A DNA stretch of 64,000 nt from Sedimentisphaerales bacterium (GTDB lineage: Bacteria; Planctomycetota; Phycisphaerae; Sedimentisphaerales; SM23-30): assembly GCA_963663805.2 (NCBI GenBank), contig CAXXMR010000013.1, positions 160,001 through 224,000 on the forward strand, given 5' to 3'. Below are positions 29,191 through 39,824 of this stretch, one piece after another. Under the pieces are notes generated by a model. It was not told the origin of the DNA and made no database searches. It worked only from the letters and a program-made list of their open reading frames with translations. Position numbers and translations under genes: made by a program. Numbering within the stretch: position 1 is the stretch's first letter; each line of letters starts with the position of its first letter.

Positions 29191-32100
29191 TCACGGATTT
29201 TCTATCTGCCACACCTGCACAAATGCGGACCAGTCGAACATGTCTATTATACCATCATGGGCGATGTCAGCATCACCACAATAGTCGTTTGTTACATCGC
29301 ATGGTCCTTCTAGCCAATAGGCAGCAAGAATAGTCAAGTCAGTCAGATCAGTCATATCATCGTCGTTGAAGTCCCCTGGCATTGACAAGTCATCAGCCAG
29401 TTTCCACATCCATCCTTCAGCCAATATGGCCAAGTCAATAGTATCCACCCTGCCATCCTGATTCAGGTCGCTATTGTCACAGGTTTCAGATTCTTCACAG
29501 TTAGTTGCTTGCCAGTGTTGTGCAAGAACGACAAAGTCGGCTAAATCAACCTGACCGCTGCCGTCAATATCTGGAGCAAGTGTGGCTCTCGCAAATCGTA
29601 AGCTGGCTATATCGACCTGTGCTCCACCATCACCACTGCCGCGAAGGGCGATACAGAGCTCAACTGTTTGGCCGGCGTATTGACCGATGTAAGCTGAATA
29701 TCTGTTAATCTCGCCGACAGTCTGGGTACTAGCGTCCACAACCATGATTATCTCATCGTAAATTGATACGGTAAGAATATCACCGACATTTGAAGTGTCA
29801 AAGGTCAGCTCTAGCTCCAGTTGCTCTGAATATTCTGGGATGTCCATCGTGCGAAAGATATAAGCTGGTGCGTTTTCAGCAACAGTTTCGAGAGTGTTTA
29901 TAGTGGCAACAGCTGAAAGCAATTCCGGTTCTGTCAAGCGGATAAAACCAGTAATTGAGCTTGGCAAACCTATTTGACGAATCACTTCGGCTTGCTGCCC
30001 AAACCAATCGTAAGCTTCATCAAGCTGATTTTTACTTACTGTAGCCATATGTGAAAGAACGTCATTGAATGTGGCTTGCTGTTGCTTTATACACCCTTCG
30101 CTAGAAGACAATTCAATATAATCATCGGTCGGCATATCTTCGGGCCAGTTTCCACCACCTTGATTGACAGCATAAGACCAGCCGAAACCGTAGCGTTCAG
30201 TATTGCAACCTGTAGCCGAAGGACTGACAGAAGCCAGGTACCATGCTAAGGTATCGGAATGTAATAACATCGTAGCGTTATCTGGATTGAGCTCAAGATT
30301 CAACAAGTTGTTATAGCTGCCACGTTTAGGGCCTCCCGCCGCTCCTTTCCACCAATGAGTCAAGCTATTGTAGTAGATGACTTCGACACGCTCAGCCAAA
30401 CCTGCACTTACGTTGCTTACTGCGTAAGGGTAGATAAGAGCAGGTGTGTCCAGCGTGGTTAGTTGGCGGATCGGGATCCCGGACTGCTGGCGAAGGATTT
30501 CGGCAGCCTTGGCAGAAACCACGCCGCCGAAACTATGGCCGATCATATGGATGTCATATGTATCCGGCAAGATACCTAGACGAGCTAGTTCCTCCCCAAG
30601 TAGTGCCCCGTGCAGTTTGGCATTGCTATAGGTATGGCTGACTTCTATCGGTAGCCAAGTACCACCCGTCATCATGCAAATTCGCTTATTTGGTTGTAAG
30701 CAAGTTAGCAATGAAGCGAAATCCCACTCCGGTCCTTTACCATTCGGATTGGCATCACTTACCGCATAAGCCCCATCGCCCCAGTCCCAGCCGACAATGA
30801 GTGCACCAGAATACTGTCCTGCAATAACATTGGCGATGGATTTCATATATCCTTCCAAACTATCATTCCAACCGTGGTTTATAACAAAAACTAATTCGCC
30901 AGCAGGACATGTTAAATTAGCATCTATCCATTGGTCACCGGCACGGTCATACTGTCGAAGACGAGAATCTGGCATCGCAACCAGGCTAGTTTCCTTCACA
31001 ACCGGTCCCCATGGTGAAGCTAAGAATGGAATGTAATCAACAATCGGGCGTTGTGGATCATCTCTCTGGTCTGTGATCCTCGCTTCAATCATCGCCGGAA
31101 TAATACTTCCCCAATAATTGTTGGTAAGATCAATGGTTGTGGATGGGTCACCGTAGACATAGACATTGCTAAAAGCAAAATTATTGTATGACATCTCTAT
31201 TCCTGAAAAAAAACTTATCTTAGTAGGTCCCATTACACATCCCTTGAGTTTCCCACTTGATCCGGCATTATAGGAGTGATAATTGTCCGAACCGGTAAAA
31301 GTACAATCCGTCAGGTTTGTCTCCCCGCCTTCATAAGTTATAAGCTCTAAAGAATGGTAGGTATCAGAAGCAGAAAAACTGACTCCAGTTGCCGTAAATT
31401 GACCAGACACTAGAATGTCCCAACCTTGCGGCTGCCAACTTTGATTATGATACTCACTGCAAATCTCAACACCAGGCAATAAGACAAGTTGCGCTTCCGC
31501 GGCAACTGTCAAATTACCTTTCAAGTGATACGATCCAATACCGTCAATATTATCCAGTTCTTTTAAGCCATTTAAAATCCCAGAAATTTGAATGTAAGAG
31601 TCGCTCGAATCAAAACTATTGTTAGAAAAACCCGTAGTGCTTGCATCAGGATCATTGATGCGAATTGCAATAGTGTCAGAAAATGTATTATTCTGTACAA
31701 TAGGAATGATGTCAGAACCAGAAAGAGTGATCCAGCCAATTGTACTGCCGGAAACTGAACCTGAACCTGAAAACGTTATAGATGTAATTTCACTGTCATT
31801 TTGAACGGCAACTTGATCGCTAGCCACATCTAGACTCCAAGTGCCGTCGCAATTGTCAATGACCCCACTTGATCCGGCATTATAGGAGTGATAATTGTCC
31901 GAACCAGTAAAAGTACAATCCGTCAGGTTTGTCTCTCCACCATCATAAGTTATAAGCTCTAAAGAATGGTAGGTATCAGAAGCAGAAAAACTGACTCCAG
32001 TTGCCGTAAATTGACCAGACACTAGAATGTCCCAACCTTGCGGCTGCCAACTTTGATTATGATACTCACTGCAAATCTCAACACCAGGCAATAAGACAAG

Positions 32101-32997
32101 TTGCGCTTCCGCGGCAACTGTCAAATTACCTTTCAAGTGATACGATCCAATACCGTCAATATTATCCAGTTCTTTTAAGCCATTTAAAATCCCAGAAATT
32201 TGAATGTAAGAGTCGCTCGAATCAAAACTATTGTTAGAAAAACCCGTAGTGCTTGCATCAGGATCATTGATGCGAATTGCAATAGTGTCAGAAAATGTAT
32301 TATTCTGTACAATAGGAATGATGTCAGAACCAGAAAGAGTGATCCAGCCAATTGTACTGCCGGAAACTGAACCTGAACCTGAAAACGTTATAGATGTAAT
32401 TTCACTGTCATTTTGAACGGCAACTTGATCGCTAGCCACATCTAGACTCCAAGTGCCGTCGCAATTGTCAATGACCCCACTTGATCCGGCATTATAGGAG
32501 TGATAATTGTCCGAACCAGTAAAAGTACAATCCGTCAGGTTTGTCTCTCCACCATCATAAGTTATAAGCTCTAAAGAATGGTAGGTATCAGAAGCAGAAA
32601 AACTGACTCCAGTTGCCGTAAATTGACCAGACACTAGAATGTCCCAACCTTGCGGCTGCCAACTTTGATTATGATACTCACTGCAAATCTCAACACCAGG
32701 CAATATGGTTAAAGAAATCTGTTCGTCATAAGATCCATTCCCAGTCCAATCCGAATAAGGCTCACCGGAGGTATATTGCCCATCACCTTCGCCGGTATCA
32801 AAGGTAAGCGGAATACCATCAGCTCCCCAGTCACTGAATGGCTCTTTTTTAGGAATTGTCACATTGCCATTCAGTATGTAGGGGCTCCCAGCAGCATCCC
32901 AAACACCCCACTGATTGCCGGAAACATAGGTCTGGGCATCAGCTGGAACACAAAAGCAGAATGTTGATATTATAACCAGATAAAGGGAGTTTCGCAT
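29191..32997 (-). CDS. large secreted protein: beta-helix-like repeats, alpha/beta-hydrolase (lipase-like) domain, two dockerin-like C-terminal modules
   Basis: Signal peptide; HGWND oxyanion and IGHSFGG nucleophile motifs, TTLDTPA; DIDGSGQVDLADFVVLAQHW-type EF-hand pairs. Confidence 0.8.
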   Translation of the reverse strand: MRNSLYLVIISTFCFCVPADAQTYVSGNQWGVWDAAGSPYILNGNVTIPKKEPFSDWGADGIPLTFDTGEGDGQYTSGEPYSDWTGNGSYDEQISLTILPGVEICSEYHNQSWQPQGWDILVSGQFTATGVSFSASDTYHSLELITYDGGETNLTDCTFTGSDNYHSYNAGSSGVIDNCDGTWSLDVASDQVAVQNDSEITSITFSGSGSVSGSTIGWITLSGSDIIPIVQNNTFSDTIAIRINDPDASTTGFSNNSFDSSDSYIQISGILNGLKELDNIDGIGSYHLKGNLTVAAEAQLVLLPGVEICSEYHNQSWQPQGWDILVSGQFTATGVSFSASDTYHSLELITYDGGETNLTDCTFTGSDNYHSYNAGSSGVIDNCDGTWSLDVASDQVAVQNDSEITSITFSGSGSVSGSTIGWITLSGSDIIPIVQNNTFSDTIAIRINDPDASTTGFSNNSFDSSDSYIQISGILNGLKELDNIDGIGSYHLKGNLTVAAEAQLVLLPGVEICSEYHNQSWQPQGWDILVSGQFTATGVSFSASDTYHSLELITYEGGETNLTDCTFTGSDNYHSYNAGSSGKLKGCVMGPTKISFFSGIEMSYNNFAFSNVYVYGDPSTTIDLTNNYWGSIIPAMIEARITDQRDDPQRPIVDYIPFLASPWGPVVKETSLVAMPDSRLRQYDRAGDQWIDANLTCPAGELVFVINHGWNDSLEGYMKSIANVIAGQYSGALIVGWDWGDGAYAVSDANPNGKGPEWDFASLLTCLQPNKRICMMTGGTWLPIEVSHTYSNAKLHGALLGEELARLGILPDTYDIHMIGHSFGGVVSAKAAEILRQQSGIPIRQLTTLDTPALIYPYAVSNVSAGLAERVEVIYYNSLTHWWKGAAGGPKRGSYNNLLNLELNPDNATMLLHSDTLAWYLASVSPSATGCNTERYGFGWSYAVNQGGGNWPEDMPTDDYIELSSSEGCIKQQQATFNDVLSHMATVSKNQLDEAYDWFGQQAEVIRQIGLPSSITGFIRLTEPELLSAVATINTLETVAENAPAYIFRTMDIPEYSEQLELELTFDTSNVGDILTVSIYDEIIMVVDASTQTVGEINRYSAYIGQYAGQTVELCIALRGSGDGGAQVDIASLRFARATLAPDIDGSGQVDLADFVVLAQHWQATNCEESETCDNSDLNQDGRVDTIDLAILAEGWMWKLADDLSMPGDFNDDDMTDLTDLTILAAYWLEGPCDVTNDYCGDADIAHDGIIDMFDWSAFVQVWQIENP
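31253..32704 (-). repeat. 612-bp in-frame tandem repeat (204 aa, about 2.4 copies)
   Basis: Identical antisense ORFs at 31619 and 32231; LPGVEICSEYHNQSWQPQGW occurs three times. Confidence 0.92.
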
Positions 32998-33397
32998 GTC
33001 GCCTCCGTAATAAATGGCCAAAAACAAATCGATCCCTTCGACTGAAAAAATAATTATACTGGATCGCCCAGGTTAATTCCATACTATATTAAGGGTGGCT
33101 CCTGGTGTTTGGCGATGTGCACAAGTGCCGTGTTTTGCGGTAGTTATGGGCGTAGCGGTCATTGGGCATGGGAAAATGTGATAATGATCAAGAAAATCCC
33201 TCAATAATACCTTCCGTTAAGACCTTTTTCGGGCTTTTCGGTATGGTCCTGTGCATGAAAATCAGATTTCAACGGAAAATGTTGTATGATCTTCATGTGG
33301 AGTGCCCCAAACAAAGGTTCGATTAACAAGAAACTGCAAGCCTGACATCACCGAATGTCAGAAAGTCGCGTTTTTGCTTGAAAAAACGCCGATTTTG

Positions 33398-33694
33398 TCA
33401 AGACACCTTGCTGCCGCATTCAGCGCAATAGTTGGGATTACCCAGAATTCGCTTATCGCAAACCGGGCATCTCCTAGAAAGGGCTCCACTACTTTTGCCG
33501 GGTTCTACGATAAGAATCAACAGTGCCAAAATCACGGTAACAGCCGTCCCAGTGAGGAAATTCTCCCGAACCCAGGCTGCTTTCTCCGGTAAACCCTTTT
33601 CTATTAGCCAGTTAGCGATCAGGGCTACGTTTCCGGCAAGAAAAACAGCCCCTACTAGCCCAAGAATAATGATTTTTCTGATTCCAAGATTCAT
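33398..33694 (-). CDS. small membrane protein with C-terminal zinc ribbon
   Basis: Two TM segments, then CPVC..CAEC; AAGGA RBS. Confidence 0.7.
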   Translation of the reverse strand: MNLGIRKIIILGLVGAVFLAGNVALIANWLIEKGLPEKAAWVRENFLTGTAVTVILALLILIVEPGKSSGALSRRCPVCDKRILGNPNYCAECGSKVS

Positions 33695-33828
33695 CACTTG
33701 TCCTTTCAAAATAGAGTCTTGGTTGTTCAAAATAGCGCAATTCCACTAAGAGCGCAAGTGAAAACTGAAGAATTTTCATGATTGTATCCTAATATATCCT
33801 AATCAATACTATTTAATACACATAGCTC

Positions 33829-33856
33829 TTGACAGCAGAGTAAAGGTAAGTACAAT
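33829..33856 (+). promoter_or_regulatory. sigma70-type promoter
   Basis: TTGACA-N16-TACAAT, 45 bp upstream of the excisionase-like gene. Confidence 0.6.
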
Positions 33857-33901
33857 ATGGGCGTTTTCTCTGTAACCTGATCCTGTTTATGAGGATATAT
33901 T

Positions 33902-34090
33902 ATGACTGAACGATGGCTGTCAGTGGAGGAAATCGCTGGGCATCTCGGGGTCAAAAAGGACACAATCTACAAATGGGTCCGGACAACCGATATTCCTTTT
34001 CACAAAATAGGCCGGCTGGTAAAGTTTCAGGTCAAAGAGGTTGACCGGTGGGTCATTGAAGGCAAGGCTACCCCCAAGGGCGGTGAATGA
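33902..34090 (+). CDS. excisionase-family (HTH_17) DNA-binding protein
   Basis: WLSVEEIAGHLGVKKDTIYKW..IPFHKIGRLVKF. Confidence 0.88.
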   Translation: MTERWLSVEEIAGHLGVKKDTIYKWVRTTDIPFHKIGRLVKFQVKEVDRWVIEGKATPKGGE

Positions 34091-34131
34091 CTCGAAATAA
34101 CAATGGGCAAAAATGACCTTGAGGAGTATTT

Positions 34132-34587
34132 ATGGGCTGGACTCACTATTGGGAACGTGAAAAAGAAATTCCGGCTGAGGAGTTTGAAAAAGCGGTTAAC
34201 GACTGCGAGCTATTGTTCAGTAAGATGAATGTACCTCTCGCTGGTCCACAGTCTGAAGCTGAACCAGTTTTTTCTCCTGAGGCAATGATGTTTAATGGGG
34301 TGCAGGGGCAGGATTGTGAGATTTTCTCCATGAAACGTATTGAGGAGCCAAGAAGGCCGGGTGCAGCAGTTTTATCATATTGTAAAACGGAAAAGTTGCC
34401 GTATGACGTCTGCGTCAGAGCGGCACTCGTAATAATGAAACATTATCTTGGAGACCATCTTCAAGTAATGAGCGACGGGAAGATGAAAGATTGGAAAGAT
34501 GCTGTCAATATTTGCATATTACACTTGGGCCTTGGAGATAAGTTTAACCTCTCAAGTAAGAAAAAAAGAGGTAACATATACTTTTAG
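34132..34587 (+). CDS. conserved hypothetical protein of phage/mobile-element type
   Basis: MGWTHYW..FNG..CE.F..YCKT..PYD..SDG motifs; GAGGAG RBS. Confidence 0.65.
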   Translation: MGWTHYWEREKEIPAEEFEKAVNDCELLFSKMNVPLAGPQSEAEPVFSPEAMMFNGVQGQDCEIFSMKRIEEPRRPGAAVLSYCKTEKLPYDVCVRAALVIMKHYLGDHLQVMSDGKMKDWKDAVNICILHLGLGDKFNLSSKKKRGNIYF

Positions 34588-34689
34588 ATAATTTGTCCCT
34601 TACAAGCATACTCTAGGAAATATCTTAAAGGGTCAACAATATCTCAACTACGACGTTTTTGCTTATATAATGGTTCAACGAAAAAGGCA

Positions 34690-36159
34690 ATGAATAAAAT
34701 CGATTTACCACCTAATGCGCCGATGCTTATGGAGTCCACCCGAGCATTAGGCTATACTGTAGAAGCTGCACTGGCGGATTTAATTGATAACAGCATTTCT
34801 GCCGGCGCAAAACTAATAGACCTTCAATTTCGCCCTTATGATCCGCCATTTCTTATCCTGCTCGATGATGGCAACGGCATGTCTTCTGTTGAACTCACCG
34901 CGGCAATGCGGTATGGTTCTAAAAACCCACTTGAGTTACGCAGTGCAGTAGATTTGGGTCGATTTGGACTTGGGCTCAAAACAGCCTCTTTATCCCAATG
35001 CAGCATGCTGACGGTAGCAAGTATAAAAGATGGGATACTGTCGGCAAGGCGTTGGGACTTGGATTATCTAAAAACTCGCGGTGACGGCAGATGGCTCCTC
35101 CTTGAACTGAATGATAAAGAAATCGATAAACTTCCATTAATAGATTTACTAAAAACACAAGGAAAAGGGACATCTGTAATTTGGCAGAATTTAGACAGAT
35201 TGGGAGCAGGCGAGAGTTCATTTGGAGTGGCTTTGGGGCAGAAGATGGTAAGGGTAAGAGAACATATATCTCTTGTGTTTCACCGGTATATTACAGGAGA
35301 ACGTGGTATAGGAAAAATTAGAATCAGCATCAACAATACTCCGATTGAAGCACGCGATCCTTTTTTAATTGGAAAGAGCTTACAAGTTATGGATGAAGAA
35401 CGTATTAGAGTCAATAACGAGTCTATACTGGCTACTCCATATATACTGCCGCATATTTCCAATATGTCGGCATCAGAAATCAAGATGCTTGGCGGCTCGG
35501 GTGGTTTAAGGCGGAGGCAGGGTTTTTATGTTTATAGAAATAAACGTCTCTTGGTTTGGGGTACTTGGTTTCGGCTGATGAGGCAGGATGATCTGTCAAA
35601 ATTGGCACGAGTGCGGGTTGATATCCCAAATTCTCTTGACCATTTATGGACGCTGGATATACGTAAATCAATAGCTGTTCCTCCGGAGATTGTTCGTAAG
35701 AGGTTGTCTCTTATTATTGAAAAAATTGCTGAATATAGCAAAAAAACCTGGACATTCCGCGGCAAAAAAGAAACGAGAGATTCCATTGTACATTTATGGA
35801 ATAGGTTGAGGCTGAGGGATGGTGTTCAGTATCAAATCAATAGAGATCATCCTTTTGCGGTCGCTTTGAAAGCCAAGCTCGGCAAAGAGAATCAGCGTTT
35901 ATTAGAAGAACTGCTTAGGGCGGTTGAGTCCAATATCCCATTGAATCAACTGTATGTAGATCTTAACCACGATGAAAAATTTGCGATTGAGCACACAAAT
36001 GGCACTGATCAGAAGAAGAGCCTGGAGGGGTGTCTTGAGTTGCTTTTAGATGGTTGCCCTACAAAGGAAACAAAATCAGATATGGTAAAAAGGATTAGAA
36101 ATATTGAACCTTTTTCCTGCTATCCAGAGCTTGTGGACATAATACTAGAGGAGATTTAA
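34690..36159 (+). CDS. MORC/MutL-type GHKL ATPase of an Mza-like restriction system
   Basis: ALADLIDNSISA, DDGNGM, DLGRFGLGLKTAS, QGFYVYRNKRLL. Confidence 0.88.
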   Translation: MNKIDLPPNAPMLMESTRALGYTVEAALADLIDNSISAGAKLIDLQFRPYDPPFLILLDDGNGMSSVELTAAMRYGSKNPLELRSAVDLGRFGLGLKTASLSQCSMLTVASIKDGILSARRWDLDYLKTRGDGRWLLLELNDKEIDKLPLIDLLKTQGKGTSVIWQNLDRLGAGESSFGVALGQKMVRVREHISLVFHRYITGERGIGKIRISINNTPIEARDPFLIGKSLQVMDEERIRVNNESILATPYILPHISNMSASEIKMLGGSGGLRRRQGFYVYRNKRLLVWGTWFRLMRQDDLSKLARVRVDIPNSLDHLWTLDIRKSIAVPPEIVRKRLSLIIEKIAEYSKKTWTFRGKKETRDSIVHLWNRLRLRDGVQYQINRDHPFAVALKAKLGKENQRLLEELLRAVESNIPLNQLYVDLNHDEKFAIEHTNGTDQKKSLEGCLELLLDGCPTKETKSDMVKRIRNIEPFSCYPELVDIILEEI

Positions 36160-36160
36160 T

Positions 36161-38881
36161 ATGGTCGAAATGCTGTATAGGCTGTTGTCTGTAGCAATAA
36201 ATACCAAATACAGGGATGTTATCCCCACTGAAGAAAACATAAGAGAAGAGGCGTTAATCTTGCGGGGGATCTGTCCAGTCAGTGATGAAGAGTATGACCA
36301 TGTTATCAGGCAGATACATGCCGCGATGCTGGTGTCAATGGATAGAGGAGTTGCAATAATTGATCCAAACGCTGTACACCTGCCATGGTTTATGCATCGT
36401 AGAGGACGTGAAGACTTTTTCTTTTATTGGGCTCGTTATGAGCGGTTTTTGACAGACATTAAAGGGTGGGGTCCTCGGGTTGTCGCAACAATAAATGATG
36501 ATTCTGACCGGATAATTGATTTATGCGGAGATCCGGAAAAGGTAGAACCATGGCAACGACGCGGCTTGGTTATAGGTGATGTGCAATCTGGAAAAACAGC
36601 GAATTATACGGCACTGTGCTGTAAAGCGGCTGATGCGGGCTATAAAGTCATTATTCTTTTAACTGGCACCCTTGAAAATCTAAGGCGGCAGACGCAGGAG
36701 CGGTTGGATGCAGAATTCATAGGCCGCAAAAGCGGAGAGTTGTTAAGGCGCAGAGATCGACAGAGTATTTTCGTTGGAGTTGGGAGAATAGATAATCGGC
36801 GAAATGGAATGGTTTTTACTTCCATAAATACTGACTTCAAAGCAAATACGCTCAATGCTATAGGGCTAAGTCTTCGTGACTGCAGAGAGCCAGCCCTGTT
36901 TGTTGTCAAGAAAAATCGGCGCATACTTGAGAACCTTGAACAGTGGCTTCGTGCATTTAATGCCGGCGCAGATCAAATGCTGGATTTACCCCTCCTGCTT
37001 ATAGATGACGAGGCTGATAATGCCTCAGTTAACACACGCCAGGGAGGCGGTGATTATACTGCTGTTAATGGGGCTATTCGTGGATTGCTGAATTGTTTTC
37101 ATAGAGCCGCTTACATTGGAGTTACCGCGACACCATATGCAAACATTTTTATCGATCCAGATGATGCCGACGAGATGGTTGGCAATGATCTATTCCCACG
37201 AGATTTTATTTATTCAATCTCGTCTCCGACAAACTATATCGGAGCAGACGCTATATTTGGCGAAGACGCGACCTATGCCCACAGCCTTGAAATAATTAGC
37301 GATGCAGAAGCGTTTTTTCCGTTAAGACACAAAACAGATCATCAAATTACCGATCTTCCGCAAGAGCTTGAAGGATGCAATTGCTCATTTTGTGCTTCTC
37401 AATGCAATTGCCGATTACCAGGAACAGAATAACAGCCATCGATCCATGCTGGTCAATGCAAGCCGTTTTACGGGTATCCAAGGACCAAATTGCTCGAATA
37501 ATAACAGAATTTCTAAACGGGATAAGAACGGACATTCGCAACTACAGCAGATTGCCTTTACGGGAAGTCCGTCGAATAGAGTCTCTGAGGTTTTTAGAGT
37601 CAATCTGGGAAAGATACAATCTGTCTGTTGAGACAGGGTTACGTTGGCAAGCGATTCTGTCTGAATATCTAAGTTCTGCGTCAGAGCCAATAGAGGTGCG
37701 TCCGATCAATCAGCGAACTGGTGCTGCCAGCTTGGATTACTCAGCTTATGCCGAAACGGGTTTGAGAGTTATTGCTGTAGGCGGCAACAGTTTGTCTCGA
37801 GGACTTACACTTGAAGGCCTGAGAGTAAGCTATTTCTATCGCAATTCTCGCGCATATGATACCCTGATGCAGATGGGCAGGTGGTTCGGCTACCGTTCCG
37901 GCTACGAGAATCTTTTCAAAATTTTGGATGTCGCAGGATGCATGCGATTGGTATGCTTATATCTGTATGGCTTCAAACGAATTAAAAGATGAGATTAGGC
38001 GGATGAATCGTCTGAATCAGACTCCCAAAGAATTCGGTTTGAAAGTCCGAGAGGATCCTGATGTTCTGTATGTCACTGCGTTGAACAAGATGCGAAACGC
38101 TCAGTTAATCGAGAGATGGATTTCTGTAAATGGAAGACTTATTGAAACACCGCGCCTTCAGGAAGAGCTTGATATTCTGCATTCCAATGAAAGAGCTGTT
38201 GTGCGGTTTATACTGGATCTTCCTGAAAAAGGCATCATAGCTTCACCTGAACTCCGACATGGAAGTACCGTTTGGTCCAATGTTTCGGGTAGAGATGTTG
38301 CAATGTTGCTGAAAAGTTTCGTTTCGCATCCATGGCATTTTGCATTCCATTCGGGTTCACTGGCAGAGTTTATCGAAAAGCCCGAAAATATCCATCTGCA
38401 GGATTGGGATGTTGTCATTCCTAATGGCACCGGTAGCAGCATGGATATTGGCGATATCAAGATACAGAAACAAAAACGTAAGATACTAATTAAAGACGGA
38501 GCTCTGATGGTTTCCGGGACAAAAGTCAGAGTCGGGTCTGGGGGCTGTACTAAAGCAGGACTTACTAGAGGTCAGATAAAAGCTGCAGAAAAAGCTTTTT
38601 TTGAGAATGATACAAAAGGCAGGAAAAATGCTAGCGATACAGCCTATCTTATCGAAGGCAGAAGGCCTGTACTGCTTTTGCACCTGATTGAACCGGAGTT
38701 CATAGAAAGTAATGGCTCTTCGATAGCTGATTTAAAAACTATGGTTGCCCTTGGCCTGGGATTCCCTAGGGTTAGTGGAGATCAGGCGATTAAAGCGTTA
38801 TATCGTATCAATTTGGTAGAAGCCCAAAATTTGTTTCCATTTGAAGAAGAGGATGACGATATTGATGAAAGAATTGAATGA
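36161..38881 (+). pseudogene. Z1-domain SF2 helicase-like protein, broken by three +1 frameshifts (real or sequencing error)
   Basis: GDVQSGKT, LIDDEAD, TATPYAN, HRSMLVNASRF, GGNSLSRGLTLEGL, DTLMQMGRWFGYR are spread over four successive frames. Confidence 0.85.
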
Positions 38882-39824
38882 GTTCATAAGAGATTGGGAT
38901 AATCTGATCCCGGGACCGAATGCATTTAAGCGTGTCGATGCAGAGCATCCTCTGGATTTTTATATAGGCCAAAGTGCGTACGGTAGCAAAGAGTTATTCT
39001 TAATATCTGAAGAGGAGCCGGCGGGTCTATCTGGTTCGAAGTCGATAGACGTCCAAATCGGCAAGCGCCAGGATGGGAGATGGTCGATTACCTTTACCTT
39101 GATTAAGCCCGAGCACGAGCAGCCTTTTGTTGCTCTATGTTATGATATAGTTGAATCATCTCGGAACGTCAGCGGTAAAGGAATGTCATTTGTGATTAAG
39201 CGATTTCAAAAATGGCAGTTGCTGCTGGCTCAAACTTCAGATGGTTTGCTTTCATTGGAAGTACAGAAAGGGCTGTTTGGTGAATTGCTGTTTTTTCGCA
39301 GCTGTATTCAAAATGGATTTCCACCTGCTCAGACAGCAGATGCCTGGATAGGTTGCAATAAAGCCGATAAAGATTTTGTTTTTGATGCTAAATGGTGTGA
39401 AATAAAAACGATAGACCCTGCAGCAGTTGCTGTCCATATATCCTCTATTGAACAACTTGACGCTCCTAATGATGGAGAACTTGTGATCAACTTTGTTGAA
39501 AACACATCCCTGCAGGACAATTATGGTCAGACACTGAATGAATTAATTATTGACATAAGGGATCTGCTGAAAAATAATCAGGCCGCATTAGCTGAATTCA
39601 ATGTTAAATTGTCTATTGCCGGTTTTCAAGAGAATATAAAATATGACGAACACAAATACGTGTGCAGATGTGTAAAATACTACTCGGTCGATGAATCATT
39701 TCCACGAATCACAAGACAGGATTTGCCAGTATCAGTGGTTAAATTGTCGTACGAACTTGGAATCAATTCTTTATCAGCGTGGGAAATAAAATATTATAGG
39801 GAGAATGACGATGGAACTGCTTGA
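38865..39824 (+). CDS. DUF4420 PD-(D/E)XK-family protein
   Basis: QKGLFGELLF, KDF..CEIKT, ISSIEQL, FPRI. Confidence 0.82.
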   Translation: MKELNEFIRDWDNLIPGPNAFKRVDAEHPLDFYIGQSAYGSKELFLISEEEPAGLSGSKSIDVQIGKRQDGRWSITFTLIKPEHEQPFVALCYDIVESSRNVSGKGMSFVIKRFQKWQLLLAQTSDGLLSLEVQKGLFGELLFFRSCIQNGFPPAQTADAWIGCNKADKDFVFDAKWCEIKTIDPAAVAVHISSIEQLDAPNDGELVINFVENTSLQDNYGQTLNELIIDIRDLLKNNQAALAEFNVKLSIAGFQENIKYDEHKYVCRCVKYYSVDESFPRITRQDLPVSVVKLSYELGINSLSAWEIKYYRENDDGTA

